Of a stretch of 64,000 nucleotides of DNA, positions 13,421 to 60,849 are shown one piece after another. Position numbers and translations under genes: made by a program. The notes under the pieces were generated by a model. The model saw only the letters and a program-made list of their open reading frames with translations. It had not been told where the DNA came from and did not search any database. The stretch lies in NCBI GenBank assembly GCA_963514005.1, contig OY740814.1, forward strand, positions 17,050,001 to 17,114,000, written 5' to 3'. Each line of letters starts with the position of its first letter. Within the stretch, counting starts at the first letter, position 1. Source of the stretch: Raja brachyura (lineage: Eukaryota).

Positions 13421-13794
13421 GACATGTGCCCGACTCTAGTTGTTTTTGAATATCCTCAGAGTTATAATCCTTAAAATACTTTCAGAGAAAAGGCTCCAAA
13501 TACTCGAAGATTGTTGAGTTAGAACCATTTGCAAAAAAGTCCGCACAGACATGGGTTCAGTTACGCAAGCAAGCACATACTGAAGCTGTGTGTATGAATA
13601 GAGAACAGATGCTGGGAAGTATTTTTATTTCCTCAGCTGGAATAGACCCCATTGTTGTTCCTCCTTTCTGAAAATGTATTGAAGTGAGGTAATACCATAG
13701 TAACTATTGAAATTAGTTTGGCCACCCGAGATATAATTCAGAAATTATGACTTTGCCATAAAAACTGTATCAAAGAGAAGAGACAGGATACCCA

Positions 13795-13834
<40 letters not shown>

Positions 13835-14007
13835 GTTAGGTCAAAGAGGAAGCTCCAGTTACAATTGTTTATGGCAAATGGTGTATTTTAAAACAAAACA
13901 GTCTGAAGTCAGGAAAAGTGATCAATTCAATCAGCAGGCAGTCGTGTGAGACCGGGACTGCAGTGGAGAAGGGTGGACTGGTCAGTCAACAGAGACCAAG
14001 CGGAGGA

Positions 14008-14557
14008 TTCGCCGAACGCCTCCTGCTCGGTCCGCAATAACCAACCCGACGTCCCGGTGGCTCAGCACTTCAACTCCCCCTCCCATTCCGTATCCGACCT
14101 CTCGGTCCTGGGCCTCCTCCACGGCCAGAGTGAGCAACACCGCAAGTTGGAGGAACAGCACCTCATATTCCGCTTGGGGAGTCTGCATCCTCTGGGCTTA
14201 AACATTGAATTTTCTCAATTCTGTTAACCCAGACTGCCTCCTCCCCTCCCCACCTCTTCCTCAGCCCTCGGGCCCTGGCATTCCTTCTCTATCTCCCCCC
14301 CCCCCCAACCCAAGTCGCACTAGCTTCTCATTTTCACACTACAAACAGCTTACAATGGCCTGTTCCCTTTATCATCAATACTTTTTTGCATATCTTTCAT
14401 TCATTGTTCTTTATCTCTCCACATCACTGTCTATATCTCTCGTTTCCCTGATCACTGACCAGTCTGAAGAAGGGTCTCGACCCGAAACGTCGCCTATCTC
14501 CTTCGCTCCTTAGATGCTGCTGCACCCGCTGAGTTTCTCCAGCTTTTTGTGTAACCC
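14008..14557 (+). mobile_element. young Penelope-like element 3' end with intact hammerhead-like core
   Basis: PVAQHFNSPSHS...RKLEEQHLIFRLGSLHPLGLNIEF, then terminal repeat. Confidence 0.85.
14464..14491 (+). ncRNA. minimal type I hammerhead-ribozyme-like motif
   Basis: CTGAAGA-A-GGGT(CTCG)ACCC-GAAAC-GTC; helix I pairing is not evident. Confidence 0.55.
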
Positions 14558-15244
14558 CCAGTCAACAGAAGGTGTGTCTCATTGAATTGTTCACAGACAC
14601 ACTACGGGACAGTCGTAAGTCCAAGTACAGAGGGGAAACAAAAAAGGCTGAGTGTCCTAGTGTTAGCGGTTACATTCATGTTCCTGTAATCCCTCAACCC
14701 CAAGTGAAAGTATTATATCACAAAATAATATTTCCACTTTTTATATCTCTTTAAAAAAAAATCAAGAGGTTGTGACATCTGCACAGTTTGTGGAATTCAC
14801 CCACAGGCCTGTTGTACAAATCGGTGGGTGGAGGCAACATCATTCCTCCCAGAGGTTGTGTTTTTGTTCTGCTGCCTCTTTGTGTCAAGCAAGCAGGTCC
14901 GAACATCTGGGGGATGGTGCCGACAGTAGTTGGAGATGAACCAACATCAACAGCGTCTGGTGCTTGTGAAGCACAGAGGATCAACTCTGAACCCAGGATG
15001 GTTGATGATCAAACTACGGCTGTGGGCGCCACCTCATGGACTGCAGAGATACAGGATTCTGACTGGATTGAAATATTTGTGCTTTTATTACAACCACTAT
15101 GCCCCTGGTCTCGGGTTTTCGGGTCTCCGTGGCATTACCACCCATTGAGAGCTCGCTGTGCACAAATCAGCTTCATTACAACAAGTCGTCGCCTTTCAAA
15201 ACTATTCTCTTCTTAGGCAGAGAACACTTGACTGGAAGCGTGAA

Positions 15245-15630
15245 GGAAAGAACTGCAGACGCTGGTTTAAATCGGAGGTAGACACAAAATGCTGGAGTAA
15301 CTCAGCGGGACAGGCAGCATCTCTGGAGAGAAGGAATGGGTGACGTTTCGGGTCGAGACCCTTCTCAGACTGATGTCGGGGAGTGGGTGGGACAGAGGTA
15401 GAATGTAGTCGGAGACAGTAACATTGGTGGGAGAACTGGGCCGGGGAAGGGGATGGAGAGAGGCAGGGAAAGCAAGATCTATTAGAAGTTGGAGGAGTCA
15501 ATGTTCATACCGCTGGGGAGAAAGCACCTCATATTTCACTTGGGTAGCTTGCACCCCAGCGGTATGAATATTGGCTTCTCTAACTTCAAGTAGCCCTTGC
15601 TGTTCCTCTCTCTCCATCCCCTCCCCCTTC
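15245..15630. mobile_element. Penelope-like terminal repeat fragments in inverted arrangement
   Basis: Minus-strand repeat 15245-15520 abuts a plus-strand GIY-YIG tail 15520-15630. Confidence 0.65.
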
Positions 15631-18600
15631 ACCTCTTGCATTGTAGTGGACTTGTTTATTTATTTGCACACTATTTTTTATCAACTTTGAAAAATGTATG
15701 TATAAGTGATGTACAATTTATGCTCTGAGTGTTATCTGAGTCTATGTGCGTGTGATGCTGTTGCAAGCAAATTTTTATTGTGCCTGTACTGAACCGTACT
15801 TTCGCATAAACCCGACTTGATGTGACGTTAGGGTTACAGTTCAGCCACGACCTCACTAAATGGTGGAACAAGCTGAAATGGTCTTAAGTGTCTCAAGCCC
15901 TCAAGTGTCAGATAGGATTTGTTCTCCGCAGCACAACAGAGACACCTGCTGGACATCTAAGGTAGACATAAATGCCGGAGAAACTCAGCGGGTGAGGCAG
16001 CATCTATGGAGCCAAGGAAATAGGCAACGTTTCGGGTCGAGACCCTTCTTCAGACTACTGGACATCGGGTGTTTTGCACAAAACCAGTGCTGAAGAGATC
16101 CAGCAGGTGGACAGAAAGTGGAACAGTCAAAGACTGAGATACACAATATGGTAGAATTTGTACCCCACTTTTTCTTTTACAAAATGTATGTCAACTCTGC
16201 TTGGAGAGATACAGTAACTGCATCCTGTTTGGGGCCTCATTATACAATGCATTCACAGAGATTTATTTGAATGAACCCATTCATATGAGTATTATCAAAT
16301 AAATAGGTGACCAAACCTCCCAAGGAGATATTTAGCCTAGTGACCAAAAGGTTTGGTCAAAGGGATAGATGTTTGTAAAGGAGCATTTAAAATGGAAGAT
16401 TCAGAGATGTTTAGGGCTGGGATTCCAGGGCCAAAAGCACAGTGGCCAATGGTGGAGCAATGGAAAGAAAGAAAGCATTATTTCAGAATTGGAAAAGTTT
16501 GCAGAGTTGGGAAACATATCAGTGAATAGGTATTGGTGGGACTTGAACGGGTTATTTTAATCTTCAGTTTTATAGGATGTGCAGCTGGGAGCCAATGTAG
16601 GTCAGCAAGCTCCACTAAAATGTGCCAGAATATAGAGCAACAGAGTTGTACAGCACAGAAACAGACCCTTCAACCCAACTCGCCCATACTAACCATGAGA
16701 GCTGGTCCCATTTTCCTGGTTTTGGCCCAGATCCTCTAAACATTTCATATCCATGTACCTGTCTAAATGTCCTTTAAGCAATGTCTCTGCTACTTCCTCT
16801 AGCAACTCATTCAGCATACCCACCTTGTGAAAAAGTTGCTTTTCAGACGGCCTTTAAACATTTCCCCACTCATTTTAAATCTAAGGCCTCTAGTTTTGGC
16901 TCCCCTATCCTGAGAAAAAGACTGGGACCATTCACCTTGTTTATGCATCTCTAGATTTTATATACATCAATGAGGTCACTCCTCAATCTCTTACATTCCA
17001 GAGAAAAACCCTGAAGCCTCTCCAGTATCTCCTTATAACTCAAGCCCCCCCATTCCCAGTAACGGCTCGGTAGCGGTTTTGGGATCAACACATTGAAGTA
17101 TAGAAGGTTCAATTTCTCCCGTGGGCAGTATCCAATACAAATCTAATTTCCAGCAAAAAAATGAGAAGTACCAAAGATCTCCAGCTTTTACACGTAACGT
17201 TTCAAACGTTATCCCACTCAAAAATCCCTTTCAGATTGTTTCTTACTTTTTAATGACCACATTCAGAACTATTGAAGAGTAGGTAGACAAAAGTGCTGGA
17301 GAAACTCAGCGGGAGCAGCAGCATCCATGGAGCGAAGGAAATAGGCAACGTTTTGGGCCAAAACCCTTCTTGCTGTAAAATGGTTTACAAAGACATTAGT
17401 AGCATTTTAAAACATTTTACGTATTTAAAAGTTTAGAACTTATGACTATTGCATTAAGTTCCTACCTTGATCGCTTGTTCATTATGTCTAACGAAACATT
17501 GTAGAGTACTTCAACTCCTTTAGGAATACATCGCACCTGTAAATATAAGCAGACTCAATACTACGACATCTTTCGGAACACCTGGGTCACACTTTAAAGG
17601 CAATGATATATTTCAGAAGCTTGATCACTGTTTCGTAAGCTCTGTAGCAAACAATTTGTGCCCAGCAAGATCCCACACAACTATAATAAAAAGCCAAGCA
17701 AGAAACAGCAGTTGCTGGGAATTTGAAGTATTAAAAAATGCTGCTAGTACTCAGAAATTCTGGCAGAATCTGCAAAGATCAAAAGAGTTGAATTATTGAT
17801 CTTTACCTTTTAATTCTGTTTCTTTGTCCACAGAATGCTGGAAAAAAAACTCAGGTCAATTTTCATCCCACAAATAATAACCGAGGGATTTTGTGAAGTG
17901 CTTTCCTGCTCTCCTTTGAAACTGTGTGGGATTTTTAATTTAACACTCCCTCAGTATTGCAATGGATGCTTCACCCTGGATTTACGCCACTGTTGTGCAG
18001 CAATAGAGTTGCTGCCTTACAGTGAATGCAACGCCGGAGACCCGGGTTCGATCCCGACTAGGTATGCTGTCTGTACCTTGTCCCCTGTCTTTCTCCGAGA
18101 TCTTCGGTTTCCTCCCACGCTCCAAAGGTTGTAGGTTAATTGGCTTGGTAAATGTGTAAATTGTCCCTAGTGGGTGTAGGATTGTGTTAATGTGCGGGGA
18201 TCGCTGGTCGGCGCGGACCCGGTGGGCCGAAGGGCCTGTTTCCACGCTGTATCTCTAAATTAAACGAGATGTCATCTCTAGCAGTAGGGATGAAAATTCT
18301 GACTCCAGAGGAAACTCGACTGTACTAAACAAGGGTTTTGTGTCCTTGGCCCACTGAAGTCCCGGTCTCTCGCATCAGTTATTTCAAGCGAAATCAATAG
18401 CAAATTAGCCTCATTTTTTTCTTTATCAATGAATGCCTCTGTGCTGAAGTGGATATGAGCATCAATTAACACTTACCTCTGACAGTCCAGAACATTTGTA
18501 AGCAGCTTTGTAAACCCATAAAATCCAATCCACAAAGTTTGATGTTCGGCATCATGGAGAGTGGATAGAAAGTATCCGTGAATGTCTACTATGATAGCCA

Positions 18601-19599
18601 CCGATATCGGTATTCCCTGTCAACTGGAAAAAAACCACTATTAATTCAGGAAGAATAATAGGCAATTCTAGCTGCAAAAGTGTCGAGATATATTGGCTGA
18701 ACAAACTGTGTACTCAAGTCTTCAAACGATCCATTCTGTGCAAGCAGCAATGATGCAGTGTGGTAATATAAACAGAAGGCATAGTGCAGGAATTGACAGC
18801 GGCAAGGTTAAAGTGCCCAAAAATAGAAAATTTAACTCGCCTTACTGGCAGCGAGTCAAAGCAAGAGGAAAACAAGCTCCTTTAACTCTGGCAGCTGACT
18901 GAAACCATTCATGAATCACTCCAATCCGGAGAACAGGAAGATAAGCAGAAATTCCTGCCTGCTACTACAGACTCCCATATGCAAGTGCGAAAAATATGGA
19001 AAAATACCTGCTGTCTTTTTGATCTACAAAACAGATCATTCAATGCTGGGGGACACGCAATAAGTTTCATTTTAATAATGATTCACTGACAGCAGTCATC
19101 ACAATTCACTGCTGCAACCTGTTTGGGGGCCAGTCGAGTCTTTGTTCTGGGAAGATAAAATGTCACTCATAAAATCTGTCACCGACACAGCCAGCATTTA
19201 CTCCTCGCATCTAATTGGCTTTGGGTAAATGCAAGCTGCTGCTGAGAACCATGCAGTATGTCTGCACCATTGACACTGGTAAACTGATAGAACTCAAGCT
19301 TGAGTCAGATGAGTTAAAGTCCCACTCCAGTACAAAAGGCAAGGCTGCTGCGCCTGTTGTAGCAGTAAGGGAATGCTGTTGCATTGGATGCGGTGCCTTT
19401 CGGCTGGGATGCTAAATAAAGGTTCATATTCTCAGGAGGATATCAATGAAAGGCCCAGGAAGGAACTGCAGATGCTGGTTGTCACTGAAAATAGACACAA
19501 AATGCTTGAGCAACTCAGCGGGACAGGCAGCATCTCTGGATAGAAGGAATGGGTGACGCTTCGGGTCGAGATCCTTCCTCAGACTGCTTACATTTTTTT

Positions 19600-20020
19600 T
19601 AACGGGTTAGCGAGCAAAGCGCCAGTGGTCAACCGGAGGCGGCTTCGGTGGCCCCGGGGAGGTGGTGAGGGGCAGCGGCCCCGGGGTGTCCGCTGTAGAT
19701 TTGGTGGCCCAGGCCTGGGATCAGCGATGAGGGGTGGAGAAGCGGTGGACGTTTGTGCTACTCTTCATGGCGATGACGGGTCTCGGCCCTGTAGTGGTCG
19801 TGCAGGCGATGTGGCCCAGTGGTAGAGTCATGGGCCTGTGAGTCGAGGAGTGTCGGTGGAAAGACACCCAGTGTCTGGAGGCGGGCAAGCTTGTGATCCT
19901 TAGTAGAGTCCAGGTAGGCATGAAACTGTTTGTTGAGGACATAGAATGAAGTAAAGTTGGGATACATTGCAGGTCTTGGTGAGCGTGGCCCAGATCTGCG
20001 CGAGTCAAAGCGAGGCTCAT
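19600..20020 (-). mobile_element. GC-rich retroelement ORF fragment, probably Penelope-like N-terminal region
   Basis: Adjoins a Penelope terminal repeat at 19458-19586; low-complexity ORF; family assignment is inference. Confidence 0.4.
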
Positions 20021-21879
20021 CGATATTTATCCCCCAATCATCAGAACAGATCAACTGGTCATTACTTCTTTGCTGTTAACAGGAGCTTCCCAATCATAGA
20101 TCATTTGTCGCACATTCCCAGTTTCAAGATGAAAGAATTTTGCTTTAGCTACATTTAGGCAAGTCATGAAAGGTGCCACAGAAATACAAGTTCAGTAGCG
20201 TTTCTTATATTATATTTGCAGGAACTACTTCACCAATTCCTTCCTTGGGTGTGACAATGAGCATAATCCCAGCCCCTCGCCACAAGGAGCACAATACCAC
20301 CGTAGACAAGTTGTTTTATTTCTGCTGATCAAGAAAGACGATTCCAATATCAACTTCAGATCTCAGTCCAACAATTTGGGGCCGAAGAAAGACTGAGATC
20401 AGAGCTGGAGGTGCAACAAGCCTTTATCCAATCACAACATAAGCATCTACTCGGCACATCAGTTGGAAAAAACCCGCCCAAAAAGCAAATTATATTCCAA
20501 CCTAATAAAAGTGTAAACTTCTGAAATACTCAATTGGATAACTAGCAGTGATGTGGCAATGACCTCATTTGGCAAGGCCAAGCGCCCAAGTAGCCTCATA
20601 TGGTTCAGTGTGTACCATTTTCAGCCAGATGGTGCTTCAATGGCACCAGATACATAACCCAAACATAAAGTAGCCCTAATGTCCAATCCAACCACATCTT
20701 GTCCGTTTCCTAAGAATGGCTATTCTCAGCCATTTCCAAGTATATTTTACACTCATTTACAGACGAGTCATCCCATTATGGTCAATAGTCAGATTTATTC
20801 GTCACATACACAATTAAGTGCAGTGAAATGAACTTGCCAGCAGCAAGCAGTACAATTTTTTTTAAAACCCACAATAAAAAAAATTGAACACAAAACATCC
20901 ACCACAGCATCCATCACTGTGGTGGAAGGCACAAAGTTCAGTCAGTCCTCCTCCATTTTTCCCCGTGGTCGGGACCTAAACCTCCGCAGTGGCCGCTGCG
21001 GGCGGCCAGATGTACAGGCAAGGTAAGCCCCGAATCCGTGCTTCCCTACCGGAGACGTGACGACAAGAGTTCAGGGTATGCCATCTTCACCCAAGCTGTG
21101 CAATATTGGCTTTGTCCTTTGAACCTGATTCAAAGGTGCTGATTAGTCATTCATCACCCTGTTTTCTCTTGTCTTGACCTGGTCCATGTACATTTAGACA
21201 GGCATCCAAGAACAGTTCCTATTACATGTTTCCATTCTCACTGCAAACCGGTCTGCTTGTTCTTGATTCCCCTACCCTGGGTAAAAGACTTTGCATTTGT
21301 CATATCTATTCTCTGCATGATCTCACCCCTCATCCTCATGTACTCTATGGAATTTCGCCCTCGCCTGTCCAACCTCTCCCTGAAGCTCAGGCCCTCATGT
21401 CCTGGCAACAACCTTGTAAATCTTCACAGGTAGACTAAAGTGCTGGAGAAACTCAGCGGGTGCAGCAGCATCTATGGAGCGAAGGAAATAGGCAACGTTT
21501 CGGGCCAAAACCCTTCTTCGGACTGGTGGAAGGTAGAGGGGGCGGGGAGAAGAAAGGAAAAAGGAGGAGCCCGAGGGCCGAGGGAGTGCTAGGAAGGTGA
21601 GGAGACAGCAAGGGCTAACGAAATTGTGAGAATTCAATGCTCAGGCCATCGCGATGCAGACTGCCCAAGCGGAATATGTGGTGGTGGACAAAAGTGCTTG
21701 AGAAACTCAGCGGGTAAAGCAAATCTTTTTCCACGAGTAGTAGCTCTACTCAATAACCAAAAATCTGTAGCCTCCTTTTGCTCTGGTATTCACATGTTTA
21801 ATCAATGTTTTATTATTAATGTTTCATGTATCATTCTTAACTGTCATTGTATCCTGTTGTCACTTGTGGACAGATTCCT

Positions 21880-24340
21880 TACTTAGCCAATACCCTGGCT
21901 GATGACCAGTGTTGAAAACCTTCTTTGATCTCCCTATCTACCCATGGTGTCACTTTCAAAGATCTATTTACCTGCAATTCCAGATCTCTGCTCCAGAACA
22001 CTCCTTAGAGCTCTGCCATTCACTGTGTAATTCCTGCCCTCATTTGACTTCCCAAATTGCAAAACCATGCACATATCTGTATTAAATCGTATAAATCATT
22101 CTTCAGCCACTTGATCAACATCCTGCTGTAATTTTTGCTCTCTGTACCGCCTAATTTAGTGTCATCTGCAAACTTACTAATCAACCAGTCTACTTTCTCA
22201 TCCAAATCGTTGATAAAAGCCATAAACAATGGATCCAGCACCAATTCTTCAGGCACTCTATTTATCACAAACCTCCAGTCTGGAAAAAGAACCTTCCATC
22301 ATCACCATCCGTTTCCTTCCACGACACCAATTATTTATCCAGTTGGCGATCACTCAAGGTTCTCAAGACATTTGCATTAACTGTGCAAACTTCCCCAGTC
22401 CTCATGTCTTTCTCCACGGTAAAAACAGAGGAGAAATAGGATCTTGCCCATCTTCTGCAGCTCCAGAGATGACTGCCCAATTCTCTCTATTCCCTCATTG
22501 TACATAAAATCTCATTGGATTTTCATTAATATTATCTGCCAATGCTATCACCGCTCCCTTTTCACCATCCTGATTTCCTCAGATCCTCAAACTAATAGAA
22601 TTAACCCCATTCTCCTGCCTTCTCCCCATAACCTCTGACACCTGTCCCCCAGGGATGCACTTGATCCAAGTTATCGATACCTGCCTCATACCTCGTTTCC
22701 TGACCAGTGCCTCATTTTCTCTCGATGTCCAAGCTTCCTTACTCTCAGCTGACTTGCCCTTCACTCCAACATGCATGGCCTGAACTTTTGTCATCACACT
22801 GTTAAAAACATCCCACTTTCCAGAAATCCTTTGCCTCCAAACAACTTAGTCCAATTGACTTTAGCAAGTTACTGTCAAAGTTAGCCTTGCCCAAATTCAA
22901 AGTTTTAACTTCCAGAGCCGCCCTCATGACTAATTTTAAAGTTAATTGAAAGTGGTCGCTGGTCCCAAAACACTCGTCCTTGGATACTTCAGTCACTTGC
23001 CCGTCCCAATGACCTAGCACATATCTGTATTAAATCGTATAAATCATTTTTCAGCCACTTGATCAACATCCTGCTGTAATTTTTGCTCTCTGTACCGCCT
23101 AATTTAGTGTCATCTGCAAACTTACTAATCAACCAGTCTTTCTCATCCAAATCGTTGATAAAAGCCATAAACAATGGATCCAGCACCAATTCTTCAGGCA
23201 CTCGATTTATCACAAACCTCCAGTCTGGAAAAAGAACCTTCCATCATCACCATCCGTTTCCTTCCACGACACCAATTATTTATCCAGTTGGCGATCACTC
23301 AAGGTTCTCAAGACATTTGCATTAACTGTGCAAACTTCCCCAGTCCTCATGTCTTTCTCCACGGTAAAAACAGAGGAGAAATAGGATCTTGCCCATCTTC
23401 TGCGGCTCCAGAGATGACTGCCCAATTCTCTCTATTCCCTCATTGTACATAAAATCTCATTGGATTTTCATTAATATTATCTGCCAATGCTATCACCGCT
23501 CCCTTTTCACCTTCCTGATTTCCTCAGATCCTCAAACTAATAGAATTAACCCCATTCTCCTGCCTTCTCCCCATAACCTGACACTCTGACCTAGCAGCAG
23601 ATCAAATTTTACCCGTTTCTCTGTAGGGCCCTCTACATATGCCTTATGGGGCTGTCCCACTGTACCAGCTAATTCAAGAGTTCTCCTGAGTTTCCCCTGA
23701 TTCTAACTCGGAGAACTACGGTAATAGCCTCTCGTGGGTACTCTGGGCTCTCGTGGACATTTTTCAACATGTTGAAAAAACTTCACGAGCTTACTGTGTT
23801 TCTCGAGTACCCACCGTTAGCATAACCAGCCGCTAAGACACATCCGACGTACCTGCTACGTACATACGTTTTTTTTCCCTAAACTCAGGAGAGCTCTTGA
23901 ATTACCTCGTACAGTGGGACAGGCCCAGAAGAAAACTTTCCCAAACACATTTGACAAATTCCACCCCATCTAAGCCCTGGATACTTGGACACCCAGTCTA
24001 TATTGGGAAAATTAAAATCCTCTATGACAATGTCATTATTCTTGAAGCTATCAGCAACCTCCTGGCATATTTGCTCTTCTAATTCCCATTGGCTGTTTGG
24101 GGCCCTGTAGTACACGCCCAACAAGGTGATCATCCCCTTTTTTATCTCGGCTTTACCTATATAGCCTGACTGGATCAACCATCAGTAATGTAATCTCCGA
24201 CTACTGGTGACATTCTCAACCAACAAAGCAACAGCTTAATCTCTTTTTCCGCTATCTCTATTACTCCCGTAGAACCTATACCCTGGAGCATCAGGTTGCC
24301 AGTCCTGTCCCTCTCCTAGCCATGTTTCCATAGCTGCTAC
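21880..24340 (-). mobile_element. decayed CR1 LINE (RT and endonuclease fragments) with an internal duplication and a MITE
   Basis: FINDLDE..ISKFADDTKLGG occurs twice; LGVYYRAPNS...DFNFPNIDW. Confidence 0.85.
23647..23927. mobile_element. MITE with GGCTGTCCCACT TIRs
   Basis: TIRs of about 45 bp (gtcccactgtaccagctaattcaagag / ctcttgaattacctcgtacagtgggac). Confidence 0.75.
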
Positions 24341-25279
24341 ACAAACCTATCCACACCCCCCCCCCACCCCGAGTTCATTCTTCTACCCATGTGGCCTTGC
24401 ATCAAAATAATTGCAATTCAATCCAACAGTCCTTCCTCACTCCCTGCCGTGCTCCTGCCTATTCTGTCCACTGAACATTCTTTCATCACCTTCCACGCCG
24501 ACCTCCAGACTCAGTCCTGCATTGAATCCCGAATCACAGATGCTGCGCGCAGCATGGTCAAGGACTGCTCTCACCCCAACCACAGACTGTTTACCCTCCT
24601 CTCATCTGGAAGGCGCTACAGGTCTCAGTTGCTGGACTGGCAGGTTCAGGAACAGCTTCTTCCCTGCAGCTGTTACCCTACTTAACTCTGCACCTTGGTG
24701 ATTGCCAGTCACCCCTTCCCCCCCACCCCAAAATGTACACTACTGCTACTGTATACACATATATATATTTTACTGTTCCATTATTCTGTGTTCGCACTTC
24801 TGGGTGAAATGCTAAGTACATTTCATTGTCTCTGTGCTTGTATGCTGCACAACGACAATAACGTTTGAATCTCTTAAGTGTCCTGATCCCCCTCCCCCCA
24901 GGTTCTTCCCCACCCCTGCCGTGTCTTCACCATCGCTTTTGACACTCAACAATCTGCCTTCAGCAGAGGCCTTACCGTTGTACACCTGCATCCACACTTT
25001 AGTGAGTTTTGGGCCAATCGTGATTGCAAGTTCTTCCATACCAGTCACATTTTATTTTCTTCTAAAGGAGTTCTTGACCCTCATCACCCCTCCCCCCCCC
25101 CCACCCCACCCCCCCATGACCCTCTCTGTAGTCTCCAACGTTCCTCTGCTTGGACATCGTCCACTGGCCTTTTATTCTCTATGATCTTTTTATCCCATTT
25201 GCCTACAATTCCCATAAAAAAAAATGTCAAACACAAGTCTCCTGCCCAATTTGATCAAAAATAAAAGACAAAACTGCAT

Positions 25280-26073
25280 ATGTTATGGCAGGAACAATTT
25301 TAATGAAAAATGAATTCACTATTTGTATTTGAGATGCTGGAAATCACTTACAAAAGTCACACTTGAGATAAAAAGATGTTATGACAAAAATCCATAGTTC
25401 AACTGTTTACAATGTACAGCAAATCCAAACAAAATTAAGTCTTATGAAAAAGTATATAGTACAAGAATATAGAGATGTTGCCGTGATGCGGACAAGCATT
25501 TATACACAAAGGGATTTGTTCTAAAGTGCATCATCTCAGCTGAATAGCAGCAGCGCAAACTGAGATACCAGGATTTATCCAGGGATGGGCGATCAATGCA
25601 GAGTTTGCCTTGAACTTTATATAGCATGCATTATTCTATTTCTTTTAATAAAAAAGTAGGCCAGCAAAAGTATCACAATAGAATGATGCTGTTTAAACGA
25701 TGAATTTCATAAAAAATGTAATTTTGTAACGGCAGCCAATCTGGAAAATGCAGGTTTTCATTGATACTGATCAATTGTTCAAAATATTTCAACAAAAGAT
25801 CATGATTATTTTACATGGGAGAGGTATAAAACGGTATCCTCATGCGAGAGAAAAGACCCACGTAAAATAAAATGCATAATTTTAAAGATATAATGTGGGG
25901 ACAACCAACTATCTAATATACATATCAGCAAGATTTACTATTGTTATAATTCAAAATGTTTTACAGCAATGTCAGCATCAGAAGCACCCAAATTTTGCAT
26001 AGCCTCTACCCTGCAGTATTCGGTTTCCAATATTGCTCGATGTCTCTCACAGAATGAAGTTTATACACAGCAT
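25280..26073 (-). other. KIF23: KIF23 3' UTR (AU-rich, ~0.8 kb)
   Basis: Repeat-free AU-rich stretch after the stop codon, ending near a candidate poly(A) signal. Confidence 0.65.
25299..25304 (-). terminator. candidate poly(A) signal ATTAAA
   Basis: tttaat on + strand; followed on the - strand by a U/GU-rich tract (gttttgtcttttattttt). Confidence 0.55.
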
Positions 26074-60621
<34,548 letters not shown>

Positions 60622-60849
60622 GCTGCTCCCTCTCCGTCTCCGTCTCCCCGCCGCCGCCGCCGCCTCTCACTGTGGCCGCGCGCCGCCAACCCAACCCAAC
60701 CGCCGCCGCCCGTTCAAATCCCGCGCCTCGCATTGGCAGCTCCCGCATTGCCGCCTCACTATTGGTCCACAGTACGGCCCCGCCCCCTCTCCCTATTGTC
60801 ATTGGACAGTCTGATGTCAATCATTGTATCAGTCTTTTGATTGGGCAAT

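Noticed and set aside
12961-13474. LS-rich and ER-rich ORFs
   Set aside because: They are translations of a (GA)n microsatellite
17985-18065. tRNA-like sequence with A and B boxes
   Set aside because: It is the head of a multi-copy SINE and continues into the SINE body; no complete cloverleaf
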